Below, one piece after another: positions 1-10,527 of a stretch of DNA of 64,000 nucleotides. Each line of letters begins with the position of its first letter. The first letter of the stretch is position 1. Below the pieces are notes generated by a model. The model ran no database searches and was not told where the DNA came from. It saw only the letters and a list, made by a program, of their open reading frames with translations. Source of the DNA: a virus (lineage: Duplodnaviria; Caudoviricetes); IMG/VR virus record IMGVR_UViG_3300043104_000334. The stretch is one strand, 5' to 3'. A program made the translations under genes and the position numbers.

Positions 1-590
1 GTAATTCTACAGTTTCCTTTTGTATTAACAATAATGATTTCATCACTGTTTGTTGTATTAACAGAACCGAATACAAAGTTAAATGGTGCGATAATCTCAA
101 TGTAATTATATTCACCAAAATCCCATAACTCACCTAATTTAACACCTTCGGTCTCTGTACTCATATTATTTGCCTTAGCTATGCCACTCGTTGACAAGCC
201 AACGTTAGCTAAGTTAAATATAGGATTATCACTGTCACTGTTATCCATTGTTAAATTAGTACTTGTAGCACCGGCGAATGTAGATGTTACAAATAAAGTT
301 TTTGCATTATATTTGTTTGTATTATTATTTCCATATAATGTAGCTAACGTGAACGTGGAGTTTGTTGTCTTAGACATTTCAGTCTGCGGACAGGTTAACT
401 TTCTACTACCCGTCATTTGTTGATAGAGCTCAACAGATGAATCTGTCTTACTCTTAACGTTACTTGGAGTGTAATAAGTTCCAACCGCGAAATCCTTTTC
501 ATCCTGCGTTGTATCATAGTTGTTAATAACGACAACAGCAATTATAATAAACCCTATAAACGCCAATGTCATAGCTACTCTATCTTTCAT
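1..590 (-). CDS. Partial hypothetical exported/membrane-anchored protein (runs off the window)
   Basis: ATG at 590 with GGAGG RBS at about 596-600; reads MKDRVAMTLAFIGFIIIAVVVINN... (N-terminal TM, then Thr/Asn/Ser-rich). Not in the ORF track because it is truncated. Confidence 0.75.
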   Translation of the reverse strand, partial: MKDRVAMTLAFIGFIIIAVVVINNYDTTQDEKDFAVGTYYTPSNVKSKTDSSVELYQQMTGSRKLTCPQTEMSKTTNSTFTLATLYGNNNTNKYNAKTLFVTSTFAGATSTNLTMDNSDSDNPIFNLANVGLSTSGIAKANNMSTETEGVKLGELWDFGEYNYIEIIAPFNFVFGSVNTTNSDEIIIVNTKGNCRI

Positions 591-631
591 TATAGCCTCC
601 TTGATTACATATCTTAATAGTTATGCAATCA

Positions 632-651
632 TACGGAGATTTCTCTCCGTA
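632..651 (-). terminator. Hairpin after FtsK gene (8-bp stem, GAAA loop, no U-tract on the minus strand)
   Basis: Minus strand TACGGAGA-GAAA-TCTCCGTA immediately after the stop at 655. Confidence 0.6.
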
Positions 652-654
652 CTT

Positions 655-3600
655 TTAAAGAACAATCTCAGAACTTGCAATCTCACGTTCGCATTCTGAA
701 ATGTAAAGCTTATCGCGTGTAATGTTTCCATCATGCCATGAGAATATCCATCCTGTCTTCATACCCTCATAGTTCTTTCCAGCTTGTCTTGTACCAATAC
801 ACTTATCGGAATCGTCAACAGAACACTTAGCTGCAATTCTGTAGTTACAAGCATTAACAGTAGCAAGTGCCATACCTGTCATTGTTGTTCCCATGAATAT
901 AATATGAATATTGTACTCACCACATGTCTGTAATAAGTTGTTCATATTCGTTCTAACGTTCATGTCTGTTTCAATTCCGAATCCCGGACCTTTATCCCAA
1001 CCAAGTAAGAATATCCAAATAGGTGTGTCTTTTCTACCTTTCTCTTTCCTTGCATTGTACAAACCTTGAATCCATTTTACAATTTCTTTAGGCTTGTTAT
1101 TCTCGTATAGCAGGTGTCCATGTTTATCAGGAAATGTTATGCAATTGTCAATATCACATAAGTATCCTAAATCATGAACCTGCGTATTGATAATAACAGT
1201 ACCGGGCACTTTATTATTCTTGATATTACACATAAGCTCTTGGAAGAACATTACAAAGTCTGTATAATCAGATAATACTGACATAATATTTGTATTATTC
1301 TTCGCAGTAAGAATTATGTTATCAGGTGCTTTATTCTGTGAGTAAGCCATCCGGTTTCCTAAGAAGAATACACCAGAATCAGGTAATGATTTCTTTACTG
1401 CAGGACTGTTATATGTATCTACTAACTGTTGAATAGGATGCTTTGTTACCTCTTCATAAGTGATAACATCTTTCTTAGGCATTTTTCTTTCTTCTGCCAG
1501 TAGAGCCATTCTTTTGATATGTTCTCGTAAATCATCATCAGGTATGAATGGAGTTCGATACCTAGGCTGGTCTTCATTAGAAATACCAGTAGCCTTAACA
1601 ATAAGAAATCCAAATTTCTCCTTAATATCAGAAGCTTTAGATGTACCAAGGATTTCCTGTGATACTTCTTTATCACAACGCAAAGCAAACCTTAAGGTGA
1701 ACTGCTGTAAGATATCAGCACTCAAAGTTTTCTTCATTGACTGCGACGTAAAGAAGATATGTACATTAGCTGCACGACCTACCTTGGCAATCTGAGTAAT
1801 ATCAGCCTTAATTAAATCAAGATTCTTCGGGTCAGCCTTTTCAAAGATAACCTGAAACTCATCTGCTATAAACAGTATGCGTGGCCAGCAGTTTTCTGTA
1901 TACCTTTCATCCCCTGTATCAGAAGCTTTCTGTCTCCAGAACTTGTTCCAACCAACAGCACCCTTTTGGTTAGGTGATGTTTTACCGTCAGGACAATAAG
2001 CCAACTCACTAACATATAGACTCGGGTCTTTAAGCACATCGTATCTGTGGTCAGCCTCAACACGTAACGCATGAAACAGCGAAGTAGCATAATCACCATC
2101 AGATGTACATAGACATGCCTTAATATGTGGTAACATATATGGACACTCATCATTAGGCAGGTAAAACTTAAACTCTGTTCCCTTAAAGTCAGTAAGCCAT
2201 AACTCAAGCTCTCTAGGCGAGTATTCCTTAGTTGCAGTGGCGATCAAGTGGTTAAGGAATACTGACTTACCAGCACCAGTACCACCAACACCAATAACAT
2301 GTACGTTACCAGTGTTACCAACCTCGAACGGTTTATATGATGTAGGATCACCATTAAGATAACCAGGATACAACTCCATATAATTATCTGCATTACCAGT
2401 CCACATCTTTGAGTCAGGAATTACATTATCAATGAATTCTTTCCAAGGCAATCCCTTCGGCTTAGATTTGGAAATAGCATCTGCGTAGTTTGAAGCAACC
2501 TTAGCACACCAATCATCATTTACGATATCAGTAATAGGATGCTCAATACTTTCAAATGGTCTCCTGAACACAAATGCTGTCTTAGACTGCATATAATCAG
2601 AAATCATCCAAATGAAGACACCACCAGTTGCTGAGTATTCAAAGAAGCTCTGAAGTTTTTCATCTTCCTCAATTGTCTTAGGCTGCGATAAAACCATAAG
2701 AATACGATACTCAATAGGAGTCATCCCTACTTCTTCACACTTCTTATTATACTCGTCTATTGTCTTACCTGACATAGCCTTGAAGTTCTCTTGTACGTAG
2801 GTAACAAGGTCATCAATAATTTTGGTAAGATCGTCGTTATAGAACTCCAAGTATTGATTTATTTCATTCTTGAATAAAGGCATTATGCTACGACCAAAGT
2901 CATTTGGGTCGTAAACAATTACCTTTACTTTACCCGGCGATACATTGCTGACTGCATTAACATACATAGCCTGTAAGAACTTGTTCATCTTAGATGTGTC
3001 GACACTAGGACGAATAACAATATTCCTTTGACCAACGTCAACAGTCTCTTCTATGCAATCATCATGAATACCGAGAGTGAATGTTCCGTTAAATGTAAGA
3101 TGCTGGGAGAATCTATCACCAAGAAACTTGTACTCACTCTTAAGTTTTTCATACTGTTTATTCATGTATGCAATCTCGGCTATGACATCAGCTTTGATTC
3201 TCTCTATCTTATTATTGAATGTTGTCTCAAGTTCTTTAAGATGTTTCTGATTCTCTGGTAATGCATCAGACCACGCTGCAATTACCTTTGAATTACGAGT
3301 ATCAGGATTACTCTCTTCGAACTTTGCTTCAACTTCATCATACATAGACTCAAACTTACTGAATCTCTCATCTTTATCAAGCATCTCATCAGTAAGCTCT
3401 TCTGGCAATAGTTGTGATTCGTCTAGAGCAGTGAATCCCATATTCTCTGGTTTTACGTTAAACGTAATAGCCAGCAAGATACTATAGAACTTTACTCTAT
3501 TTATATTCTGAATCTGGTTCACACCTAACGCGGTAAAGAATGCTATACTTACAAAATCAAGTATAGGTGTGAAACATGCAATAAGCATACCTATCAGAAC

Positions 3601-4230
3601 TATTCCCTGCATCATAGAGTCATCACAAACTTTCCGGAACTTAGCAATAACATTAGTTCCAGTAGACTCCTTTTGCATGTATGCGATATACTCATCATAT
3701 AAGCTGCTAAGCTCATTGGGCGTGAACATTGTTTCATCGATAGCAATATCAGATGTTGTTATGCCATACTGATTGCATACATTAAATATCTTATCTGAGT
3801 ATTCCTCAAGTGATTTTCGTTTTTCCTCGAGCATTCTAAAATCGGCGTTACCATCATTATTCTGATTGATAAGACACTGATTGTGTAACTTGTTTGAAGA
3901 CTCAATTTCATTCTTTAAACTTGTTATCTGCTCATCAACAGCAGAGTAAGTGGCTTCCTTATCAGAAAGCCACTTCTCCTGTTCCTTTGCTAGCTCATCT
4001 GTTATTACAGCTAAGACCACATCCAATGATAGGTCAAATTTGATACTGTCAAGAGCCGTTTTGAAATTTGTTAACTTACTCATGTGTGCCTTGTATGCAG
4101 ACAAAACTTCCGGTCTTTCTTCCTGAAATTTCTGCAGGCGCTCATCATACTGGTCAATCATCGTAATAAGCTTTTTATAAGGCTCATCTAATAACGCCAT
4201 AACATATTCTGCAATACTTAACATAGGCAC
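655..4230 (-). CDS. FtsK/SpoIIIE-family (EssC/EccC-like) membrane ATPase
   Basis: Walker A GGTGAGKS, DFKG, Walker B LFIADEFQ, GRAANVH arginine finger; N-terminal coiled coil and TM hairpin; apparently degenerate ATPase-like domains either side of the active one. Confidence 0.85.
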   Translation of the reverse strand: MPMLSIAEYVMALLDEPYKKLITMIDQYDERLQKFQEERPEVLSAYKAHMSKLTNFKTALDSIKFDLSLDVVLAVITDELAKEQEKWLSDKEATYSAVDEQITSLKNEIESSNKLHNQCLINQNNDGNADFRMLEEKRKSLEEYSDKIFNVCNQYGITTSDIAIDETMFTPNELSSLYDEYIAYMQKESTGTNVIAKFRKVCDDSMMQGIVLIGMLIACFTPILDFVSIAFFTALGVNQIQNINRVKFYSILLAITFNVKPENMGFTALDESQLLPEELTDEMLDKDERFSKFESMYDEVEAKFEESNPDTRNSKVIAAWSDALPENQKHLKELETTFNNKIERIKADVIAEIAYMNKQYEKLKSEYKFLGDRFSQHLTFNGTFTLGIHDDCIEETVDVGQRNIVIRPSVDTSKMNKFLQAMYVNAVSNVSPGKVKVIVYDPNDFGRSIMPLFKNEINQYLEFYNDDLTKIIDDLVTYVQENFKAMSGKTIDEYNKKCEEVGMTPIEYRILMVLSQPKTIEEDEKLQSFFEYSATGGVFIWMISDYMQSKTAFVFRRPFESIEHPITDIVNDDWCAKVASNYADAISKSKPKGLPWKEFIDNVIPDSKMWTGNADNYMELYPGYLNGDPTSYKPFEVGNTGNVHVIGVGGTGAGKSVFLNHLIATATKEYSPRELELWLTDFKGTEFKFYLPNDECPYMLPHIKACLCTSDGDYATSLFHALRVEADHRYDVLKDPSLYVSELAYCPDGKTSPNQKGAVGWNKFWRQKASDTGDERYTENCWPRILFIADEFQVIFEKADPKNLDLIKADITQIAKVGRAANVHIFFTSQSMKKTLSADILQQFTLRFALRCDKEVSQEILGTSKASDIKEKFGFLIVKATGISNEDQPRYRTPFIPDDDLREHIKRMALLAEERKMPKKDVITYEEVTKHPIQQLVDTYNSPAVKKSLPDSGVFFLGNRMAYSQNKAPDNIILTAKNNTNIMSVLSDYTDFVMFFQELMCNIKNNKVPGTVIINTQVHDLGYLCDIDNCITFPDKHGHLLYENNKPKEIVKWIQGLYNARKEKGRKDTPIWIFLLGWDKGPGFGIETDMNVRTNMNNLLQTCGEYNIHIIFMGTTMTGMALATVNACNYRIAAKCSVDDSDKCIGTRQAGKNYEGMKTGWIFSWHDGNITRDKLYISECEREIASSEIVL

Positions 4231-4237
4231 TCCTTAC

Positions 4238-4921
4238 CTAAACACATTCTCGTAAATCAAAATCATCTTTGGTGATTCCGAGTCTATCACCAAGTGTTCT
4301 CATTGGGATATCTCCCAACATGATACCTTTGTCCAAGTTGAAACTAAGATGCTCACAGTCTTCCTGAGATAACATCCCGGCAATACCATCTGGCATTATA
4401 GCCACACGAGACACATCAGGAATGTAAACTTCCCAATCTTTACCAACCTGTATCTTTCTGACGGACGTATTGATAAGCTTAATGGAGTTGCCACAAACAT
4501 TCTCAATAACATCTTTTAATGTGTATGCCTCGCCGTCACACGCAAAGCTACAGTTAGCGTAAGGTTTAAGCAACTGTACTGCTGTATTCATTGCAACATT
4601 GATATATTTCTTGTCACTTTCAGTAACCATTTTGTTTACAATGTATAACAGCTTCGCCGGAATACCAGCCATATAGTAATCCATCTTACATGCATAGAAA
4701 CATTCTACACACTTCCGGCTACCAATGACTTTCTTGACATCCGGAAACGTAGCAAAGAATGAATTTGCATCCTCAGTCTGATTATATACGGCCTTAATCT
4801 TTGAACTACACTGCAAGGCACGCTTGAACAAAATAAGGTCGTCATTCGTAATCTCTGGTACAACTGTTTTCTTCTTTTTACCATATATAATAGAATCGTT
4901 TAATTCTAACAATGATGTCAT
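4238..4921 (-). CDS. Hypothetical protein
   Basis: 227-aa ORF with RBS, coupled to neighbours. Confidence 0.7.
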   Translation of the reverse strand: MTSLLELNDSIIYGKKKKTVVPEITNDDLILFKRALQCSSKIKAVYNQTEDANSFFATFPDVKKVIGSRKCVECFYACKMDYYMAGIPAKLLYIVNKMVTESDKKYINVAMNTAVQLLKPYANCSFACDGEAYTLKDVIENVCGNSIKLINTSVRKIQVGKDWEVYIPDVSRVAIMPDGIAGMLSQEDCEHLSFNLDKGIMLGDIPMRTLGDRLGITKDDFDLRECV

Positions 4922-5496
4922 ACTGTACCTCCCTGTTTATGTCTTGCCTGTATAACCATGTCTGCAAGTGGCTTGAGGAAATTTGACAATGTTGCATCCT
5001 CAGGACCATGCACATTAAACTTGTAGACAGGACTTATATACTCCATAGTTGTCATAAGAGTGTACAAGTCATCCCGAAATATCCAGTAATCCTGACCGGT
5101 TGGAACGAAACTTGACTTCAGTAAAGAAACAGGCGGAACACTTACGATATTGATACCTACTGTACTCGTAAGTTTCTTCATCTGTTCAATAACTGGAGAC
5201 GCGTCCATGAAACTAGGCCACATCAGATAAGGCACCATTCCGGCATCAAAGTATCCTGTATTGACCCAATCCTGATGATACGTATTAAGATACATTACGT
5301 AATTATAATACATATCATAGTCCATAGTAGGCGCTACACAGTAGATATTGTTTCGCCGGTCGTAAGCAACCTTTGCCCCTTTGGAAATCATCTCATTTTT
5401 CCATTTTGCAAAATCAGCACTATCGTCCTGATTGTATATTCTTACCTGCTTGAAATTAGCAGTTACACGCTTAGCTTTAAAAACCTCGTCATTCAT
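4918..5496 (-). CDS. Hypothetical protein
   Basis: Likely start MNDEVF at 5496 with GAAAGGA RBS; avoids the overlap with the upstream gene. Confidence 0.7.
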   Translation of the reverse strand: MNDEVFKAKRVTANFKQVRIYNQDDSADFAKWKNEMISKGAKVAYDRRNNIYCVAPTMDYDMYYNYVMYLNTYHQDWVNTGYFDAGMVPYLMWPSFMDASPVIEQMKKLTSTVGINIVSVPPVSLLKSSFVPTGQDYWIFRDDLYTLMTTMEYISPVYKFNVHGPEDATLSNFLKPLADMVIQARHKQGGTV

Positions 5497-5509
5497 GGCA
5501 TAAGTCCTT

Positions 5510-6127
5510 TCACATAGATAATACTGTTGGTAGATAGTCCTCTTGCAAATATGCTCCACCATAATATGCAATGGCTCCGTTTGAGTTTATATTTACCTCA
5601 ATACAAAGTCTCCCGTCTCCATCAGCAATAGTACTACGTAAAGCACTTACCCAGTCAGTACCATTATCAGCCCTAAACATAAGTACTGCCTTACGTGACC
5701 TAAGCAATATATCAGAAGCAACTCTCCGTCTCTTTCGATAAACCTCAACACGTTTCCTGATATACTCTTCTCTGTTCTCACGTATAAGGTTAATAGGGAC
5801 AGTGTATTGTTTTTCGACAACACCAGAGTTATTCTCTGCATTAAAGTATTCCTGATATACATTTGGCTGCAAGTCAACCAAGTCTCTGTAGTCATTGAAA
5901 AACTTTATGTCACTCTGACTAACACAAGTAATCACCTTAGAATCCTTGAATTTAAAATCCTTAAGGAAATCACCTGCAAGCTTGTCTTCCAACATATACT
6001 CAACAGAACAGTTACACTCTGATAACATATTCAAATACTTTCTGAAAACATCACCATAGATTCTCTGTGTATCCAGACTTTTGCCGTCATAGCAGCTAGC
6101 CTTTGGAAATACTACAGTTACTTTCAT
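5510..6127 (-). CDS. Hypothetical protein (weak SLOG/YspA-like resemblance)
   Basis: 205-aa ORF in the operon; family call is only a weak impression. Confidence 0.6.
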   Translation of the reverse strand: MKVTVVFPKASCYDGKSLDTQRIYGDVFRKYLNMLSECNCSVEYMLEDKLAGDFLKDFKFKDSKVITCVSQSDIKFFNDYRDLVDLQPNVYQEYFNAENNSGVVEKQYTVPINLIRENREEYIRKRVEVYRKRRRVASDILLRSRKAVLMFRADNGTDWVSALRSTIADGDGRLCIEVNINSNGAIAYYGGAYLQEDYLPTVLSM

Positions 6128-6130
6128 TCT

Positions 6131-6598
6131 TTAATCCTCCGCTGTGACTCCCTTATCCTGCAAAAGCACTCCCTGTAAATGGTCATACTCATGCATAAAG
6201 ATTCTTGCTTTCTTATATGGGAGCCACTCAACTGTTTTAATATTATGCTCATCTACATACGATACTTTTATTAAAAGTGGTCTCTTAACAATGTATCGTT
6301 TGTCTCCCTCAGATAAACATCCCTCGTTTGACTTCTTTGACCCAAATGCAAATAATACTTTTGGGTTGTATACAACCTTTGGGTCTTTGCCTTTTGTGTA
6401 CCTTAACAAGACTGCACAATAAGGCATACCACACTGTACAGCAGATATGCCTTGAGCAGCTCCTTTTAAATCCCTGAATGTCGTTAACAAAACAATCCTA
6501 AGAGTTGAGACAAAATGATTGTCACGCATATCAACTTCTTTCGACACCTGATGCAGCGTTTTTACATCTGTCTCTACAGGACTCCTTTTTACTTTCAC
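6131..6598 (-). CDS. def: Peptide deformylase
   Basis: All three PDF motifs: GISAVQCG, EGCLS, HEYDHLQG. Confidence 0.93.
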   Translation of the reverse strand: MKVKRSPVETDVKTLHQVSKEVDMRDNHFVSTLRIVLLTTFRDLKGAAQGISAVQCGMPYCAVLLRYTKGKDPKVVYNPKVLFAFGSKKSNEGCLSEGDKRYIVKRPLLIKVSYVDEHNIKTVEWLPYKKARIFMHEYDHLQGVLLQDKGVTAED

Positions 6599-6612
6599 GT
6601 ATGCTTCATCTC

Positions 6613-7320
6613 CTACTTGAATGTGATATATTGAGTTACATCCAACCCGGCAGCAACCTGAATAAGGTACCCATCATACGTATAGTAATCATACTTAGAG
6701 GATGACCCTTTCATAAGCTGGTACTCCTTGTTGTTCTGTGTTACTGATACCGTTTGTGTGCAGTCATAAGTTCCCTGTGAAACCTTAGCTACACCCAAAA
6801 TAAGTGCACAGTCATTTCTTGCAGTGACCTGATCATATTCATTTCCGAATACAAAATTTCCGAAGTCTACATAAACTTGTGCGTTTGTAAGACTTACTGT
6901 ATTCATGAATTCATAGGCATACACAGCAACAGTTGTTGCGGGCAAGTCATTGGTCGTAACCTTGCAAATCATCCACATGTTATTACCAAGACTCTTTGCC
7001 ATTGTGAGACGTGAACCAAGGTACTCAGTGTAATAGTAGCAACCTTTATATTTGTCCATGTCCTCTTCCATGATACCTTGCGTATTTGATGTAATATTCG
7101 TTACATCAGTAGCATTGTCCAATGACAGCTCAAAGTATAAACCGCTATCAGCCGTCCCAGCTGCTTCATATCCGGAATAAGATTCCAGCTGTGTTTCTTT
7201 CCCGTCGATTTCAATTATACCGTTGTTCCACTCTACAGTAATATCTTCAGTCGGGTTGCCACTAGAGCAGCCCATTAAACATAGAGCGCATAGCATTAAT
7301 ACTGGAATTATCTTTTTCAT
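6613..7320 (-). CDS. Lipoprotein
   Basis: MKKIIPVLMLCALCLMG-C lipobox; acidic beta-rich body. Confidence 0.75.
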   Translation of the reverse strand: MKKIIPVLMLCALCLMGCSSGNPTEDITVEWNNGIIEIDGKETQLESYSGYEAAGTADSGLYFELSLDNATDVTNITSNTQGIMEEDMDKYKGCYYYTEYLGSRLTMAKSLGNNMWMICKVTTNDLPATTVAVYAYEFMNTVSLTNAQVYVDFGNFVFGNEYDQVTARNDCALILGVAKVSQGTYDCTQTVSVTQNNKEYQLMKGSSSKYDYYTYDGYLIQVAAGLDVTQYITFK

Positions 7321-8350
7321 CTATGATTCCTCTCCTTATGTTAATGATATCATTAACAAGTCCGCGAATTTTAATGTAGGTCAGCTTCGTAGAACTTGCT
7401 TCTTCTTCTGACAGTGTATCTATCATAAGCAGCAACTCTTTGTCGGCCCTAAGACTCGGAACCGTAATGACCTTGTTTGAGTTCAGCATCGGGCGTGACC
7501 ACGCTGTCTTCTTCGGTAAGAGATACCCTCTTGAGCAAATAACAGCACGCCGCATAGCCCGAATGTCAAGGTCAGTAGAGATATTATCGATGGCATTTAT
7601 CATATAAATTTCTGATGCCATTCTCACGAAATTGTAACCCGGCTCACCATCAATTACAGCAGAGATATTCTGCATGAAGTTGAACTTTGTATCATACTCT
7701 GTAAGTGCTGCATCTGACTTGATAAGCTTATCAATAATTTCTTTTGCGACAATTACTTCTGGAGACTCTTCAACATCATTAGGTAACTCAACGATTTCTT
7801 TTGTTTGATAGCCGTACTTTGTTGACTCCAAATCAAAGGCTACGTAATGCCCAATAAAGGAATTAAGCAGCTCTTCCATTTCTTCTGTTGTTGTATTAGA
7901 CGCAAACAGTCGAACCTGAAACTCCTTTGATTCTGAATCAATCATTGTACAGTCAAACCACTTTGCTTTAGGGGAACTCCCAAGCTGTACCACCGACATG
8001 AGTGCAATGCAGTTGGGATAGAACTCACCAAACCGGATGTTCTTACTCTCGATATTACAGATAGTTCTTTTATTTCCCTCCGGTATAAGCTTGATGTTTT
8101 CTGTACTTTCGACTGTCATGATATTCGAGATAATTACCAAGTCATAAACAACCATCTCCTGTTTACCTTTGATAACATCCGGACGACGCGTGTACATAAC
8201 ATCCTTGCCAACGAACTGTAACAGCTCTGTGGCATCACCAAATATTTTGACCGCATCAAAATCAATCTGAATCTCACAGTAGTCTAAGCCATCATCATAC
8301 TTTTCAATGAATGTAACTTTCTCTACTTTACCCTGTAGTCTCTCAATCAT
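7262..8350 (-). CDS. Hypothetical protein, possibly OB-fold plus degenerate HD (YhaM-like)
   Basis: QLGSSPKAKWFDCTMIDSESKEFQVRLF resembles the YhaM OB fold; the helical C-terminal half has no HD dipeptide. Confidence 0.4.
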   Translation of the reverse strand: MIERLQGKVEKVTFIEKYDDGLDYCEIQIDFDAVKIFGDATELLQFVGKDVMYTRRPDVIKGKQEMVVYDLVIISNIMTVESTENIKLIPEGNKRTICNIESKNIRFGEFYPNCIALMSVVQLGSSPKAKWFDCTMIDSESKEFQVRLFASNTTTEEMEELLNSFIGHYVAFDLESTKYGYQTKEIVELPNDVEESPEVIVAKEIIDKLIKSDAALTEYDTKFNFMQNISAVIDGEPGYNFVRMASEIYMINAIDNISTDLDIRAMRRAVICSRGYLLPKKTAWSRPMLNSNKVITVPSLRADKELLLMIDTLSEEEASSTKLTYIKIRGLVNDIINIRRGIIDEKDNSSINAMRSMFNGLL

Positions 8351-8670
8351 ATCTTTTTCCTTTCCTCATTTACGTAGACAAAGACAGTATCATCATAAAT
8401 ACAGATGATTAGGAAAACTGCCCTTACTAAGATACTTAATAACAGTTTAATAATGTGAACTTTATGGAACAAGCATCTCCACACTAAACTGAAGAATAGC
8501 ATCAACACTTCTGTTGCTACTATATTTCCGAACTTGACATGTATGCCAATCTTCCTCGCACTAAACATCAGTGTTGGCACTATAAGTAGTACATTGTATA
8601 ATGAGAATCCATTTATAAAGAATCCCGCAATCCAACATACGAATGCTGTTATAATAAATCCTGTAAGCAT
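8347..8670 (-). CDS. Small multi-pass membrane protein
   Basis: 107 aa, several hydrophobic segments. Confidence 0.7.
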   Translation of the reverse strand: MLTGFIITAFVCWIAGFFINGFSLYNVLLIVPTLMFSARKIGIHVKFGNIVATEVLMLFFSLVWRCLFHKVHIIKLLLSILVRAVFLIICIYDDTVFVYVNEERKKI

Positions 8671-8671
8671 A

Positions 8672-8884
8672 TCATATCAACTCCAATTCTTTTAATATGA
8701 GCGTGTAAGCACCCGGTTCTTTAAATAACTGCAAGTTCTGTCCGATTGGTAAATCATCATATGTAGATGACGTTACTGTTGCTCCTGTTTCAACGATACC
8801 TTCATCTTCAGAAACTTGAGCAGTACGACCAACTCGTACAAATCCAATGATAGCAATTATCACACAATAAATTATTAGGTCCAT
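8672..8884 (-). CDS. Small membrane-anchored protein
   Basis: 70 aa, N-terminal TM, in operon. Confidence 0.6.
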   Translation of the reverse strand: MDLIIYCVIIAIIGFVRVGRTAQVSEDEGIVETGATVTSSTYDDLPIGQNLQLFKEPGAYTLILKELELI

Positions 8885-8888
8885 AACT

Positions 8889-9179
8889 TTAAATGCAATT
8901 CAAGTATGTTACAATATCTCCAACATCTATCACTTCATCAGCAGACTTTCTGTAGGAGATATGACCAACAGTCCTAAGGAGTTTGCTGATATTATAAGCA
9001 CTTTCGCTTATGTTTGCAACAACTTTTCTCTTCCCATTGAACTCAACAATGAGTTGCATATCTCCTTTCTCAAGAGTTCTTACAACGACGGGTAACGTCT
9101 CATTAGGAGTTAGGACTACAACGCTAGGAAACTTCTCCTGCGTCTTTCTTTCTGTTAACTCCTGAATACTGAAACTCAT
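8889..9179 (-). CDS. Hypothetical protein
   Basis: 96 aa, ATGA-coupled to the upstream gene. Confidence 0.65.
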   Translation of the reverse strand: MSFSIQELTERKTQEKFPSVVVLTPNETLPVVVRTLEKGDMQLIVEFNGKRKVVANISESAYNISKLLRTVGHISYRKSADEVIDVGDIVTYLNCI

Positions 9180-9667
9180 CGCTTAAATGTATCCTCCTTA
9201 GCCTGTGCATGTCTAATGACGTTAGGCAGATATGCGCCGATAAAATACTGACCAAATGGGAACGCAATCGTGTAGAACAGCAGCTTAGCACCACGTAATG
9301 CATCAGCGTCATGTATCACCGTGTACACGAACATCATGTTGGAAACAATCCAGAAAGCAAGTACTGCCCAGAACAGAACAATACTTACCGTGCCGAGCGT
9401 GACATTCTGATAATACTTGTACCATACTCCAACCCTGAATACAGAGATAAGGATTACGAATATGGTCGAGAATGTTACAAGTCGGAGCCGCCCAAAGTAC
9501 TTGTACTCCGAACGAATAATGTTGACGATAGGGATACAGCAGATGACCCTTTCGCCGCCAGAGATTTCTCCCTCCATCTTTGAGATGCCCATTGACATAA
9601 GAGCCGGCGTCCAAAACATAATTGCAAGCAATCCTACAATAATTCCTGATACAAAAGTCTCACTCAT
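9176..9667 (-). CDS. Membrane protein
   Basis: 163 aa, 3-4 TM segments, GGAGG RBS. Confidence 0.75.
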   Translation of the reverse strand: MSETFVSGIIVGLLAIMFWTPALMSMGISKMEGEISGGERVICCIPIVNIIRSEYKYFGRLRLVTFSTIFVILISVFRVGVWYKYYQNVTLGTVSIVLFWAVLAFWIVSNMMFVYTVIHDADALRGAKLLFYTIAFPFGQYFIGAYLPNVIRHAQAKEDTFKR

Positions 9668-9681
9668 CGTTTTAACCCTCC

Positions 9682-10527
9682 TTAAACATCAAACTCATCG
9701 AGAACGGCATTTGCCGCCGCCGCTTCATTTTTCTTTTCACCAAGCATCTGGGTCTTAGCCGGTGCAGATGCACTAGGCTTAGGCTGTGAATCCTGCTTAG
9801 CTTCTTTCTTCTTCATTTCCTCGAACTCAGCATCCGATTTCTTCTTAAGCTCTCTGAGCTTTTTCACGATTGGGTCTTCTTCCTCTTCTACTTTTGGCTG
9901 AGGAGCGGGTGCTTCAACAGGCTTTGCTTGATGGACAACCGATTGTGTCTGAGCTGGCTGTTCCGGCTTAATAGATTCCTGCGTTTGCTGAGTAGGCTGA
10001 ACCGAAACACTCTGTGCAATAACTGGAGCAGCAAGCACCACCTTATCTTCAAGCGTAGAACAAAGGTCATCCCAAGAAGCTTCGTACTGTTTAAGTAATG
10101 CAGTCGGGATTGTCAGATTAGTCCGGATTTCTACCGGTACTAATGTCGTAGCATTAAAATCTATCAGCTGTGAAAGCTGATGAAGAATTCCGTAAGCCAT
10201 CTCTCTGTTTTCTGCGTCCCACTCAAGTCCCTGATTCTGAGCGCAATACATAAGGAATGGTGCAAGCATATTGATAGGCTCCGGCATCGTCTTTGCCATC
10301 TTTTCGATGGTAGACCGCAGGCCAGCATTTGTGATATAGATTTCTGTTTTCTTTGTCTTGATGGCATTGATAACTCTTTGAGTATCACCATCAAACCGGC
10401 TCTGCAACATTAGTGCCTGGTCATAAGTTGCTTTACTTACATAGACGCAGCCCTTAGACTCTACGTCATCTAAGAGCATAATATTTTTCATCTGTAAGCG
10501 ATATGGTTCTTTCTTGTAAAGTATCAT
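9682..10527 (-). CDS. Hypothetical protein with low-complexity Q/P/K/E linker and acidic tail
   Basis: 281-aa ORF ending LDEFDV. Confidence 0.7.
   Translation of the reverse strand: MILYKKEPYRLQMKNIMLLDDVESKGCVYVSKATYDQALMLQSRFDGDTQRVINAIKTKKTEIYITNAGLRSTIEKMAKTMPEPINMLAPFLMYCAQNQGLEWDAENREMAYGILHQLSQLIDFNATTLVPVEIRTNLTIPTALLKQYEASWDDLCSTLEDKVVLAAPVIAQSVSVQPTQQTQESIKPEQPAQTQSVVHQAKPVEAPAPQPKVEEEEDPIVKKLRELKKKSDAEFEEMKKKEAKQDSQPKPSASAPAKTQMLGEKKNEAAAANAVLDEFDV

Noticed and set aside
655-9667. Complete type VII secretion system
   Set aside because: No WXG100, EssB or EsaA homolog recognisable next to the FtsK-type ATPase
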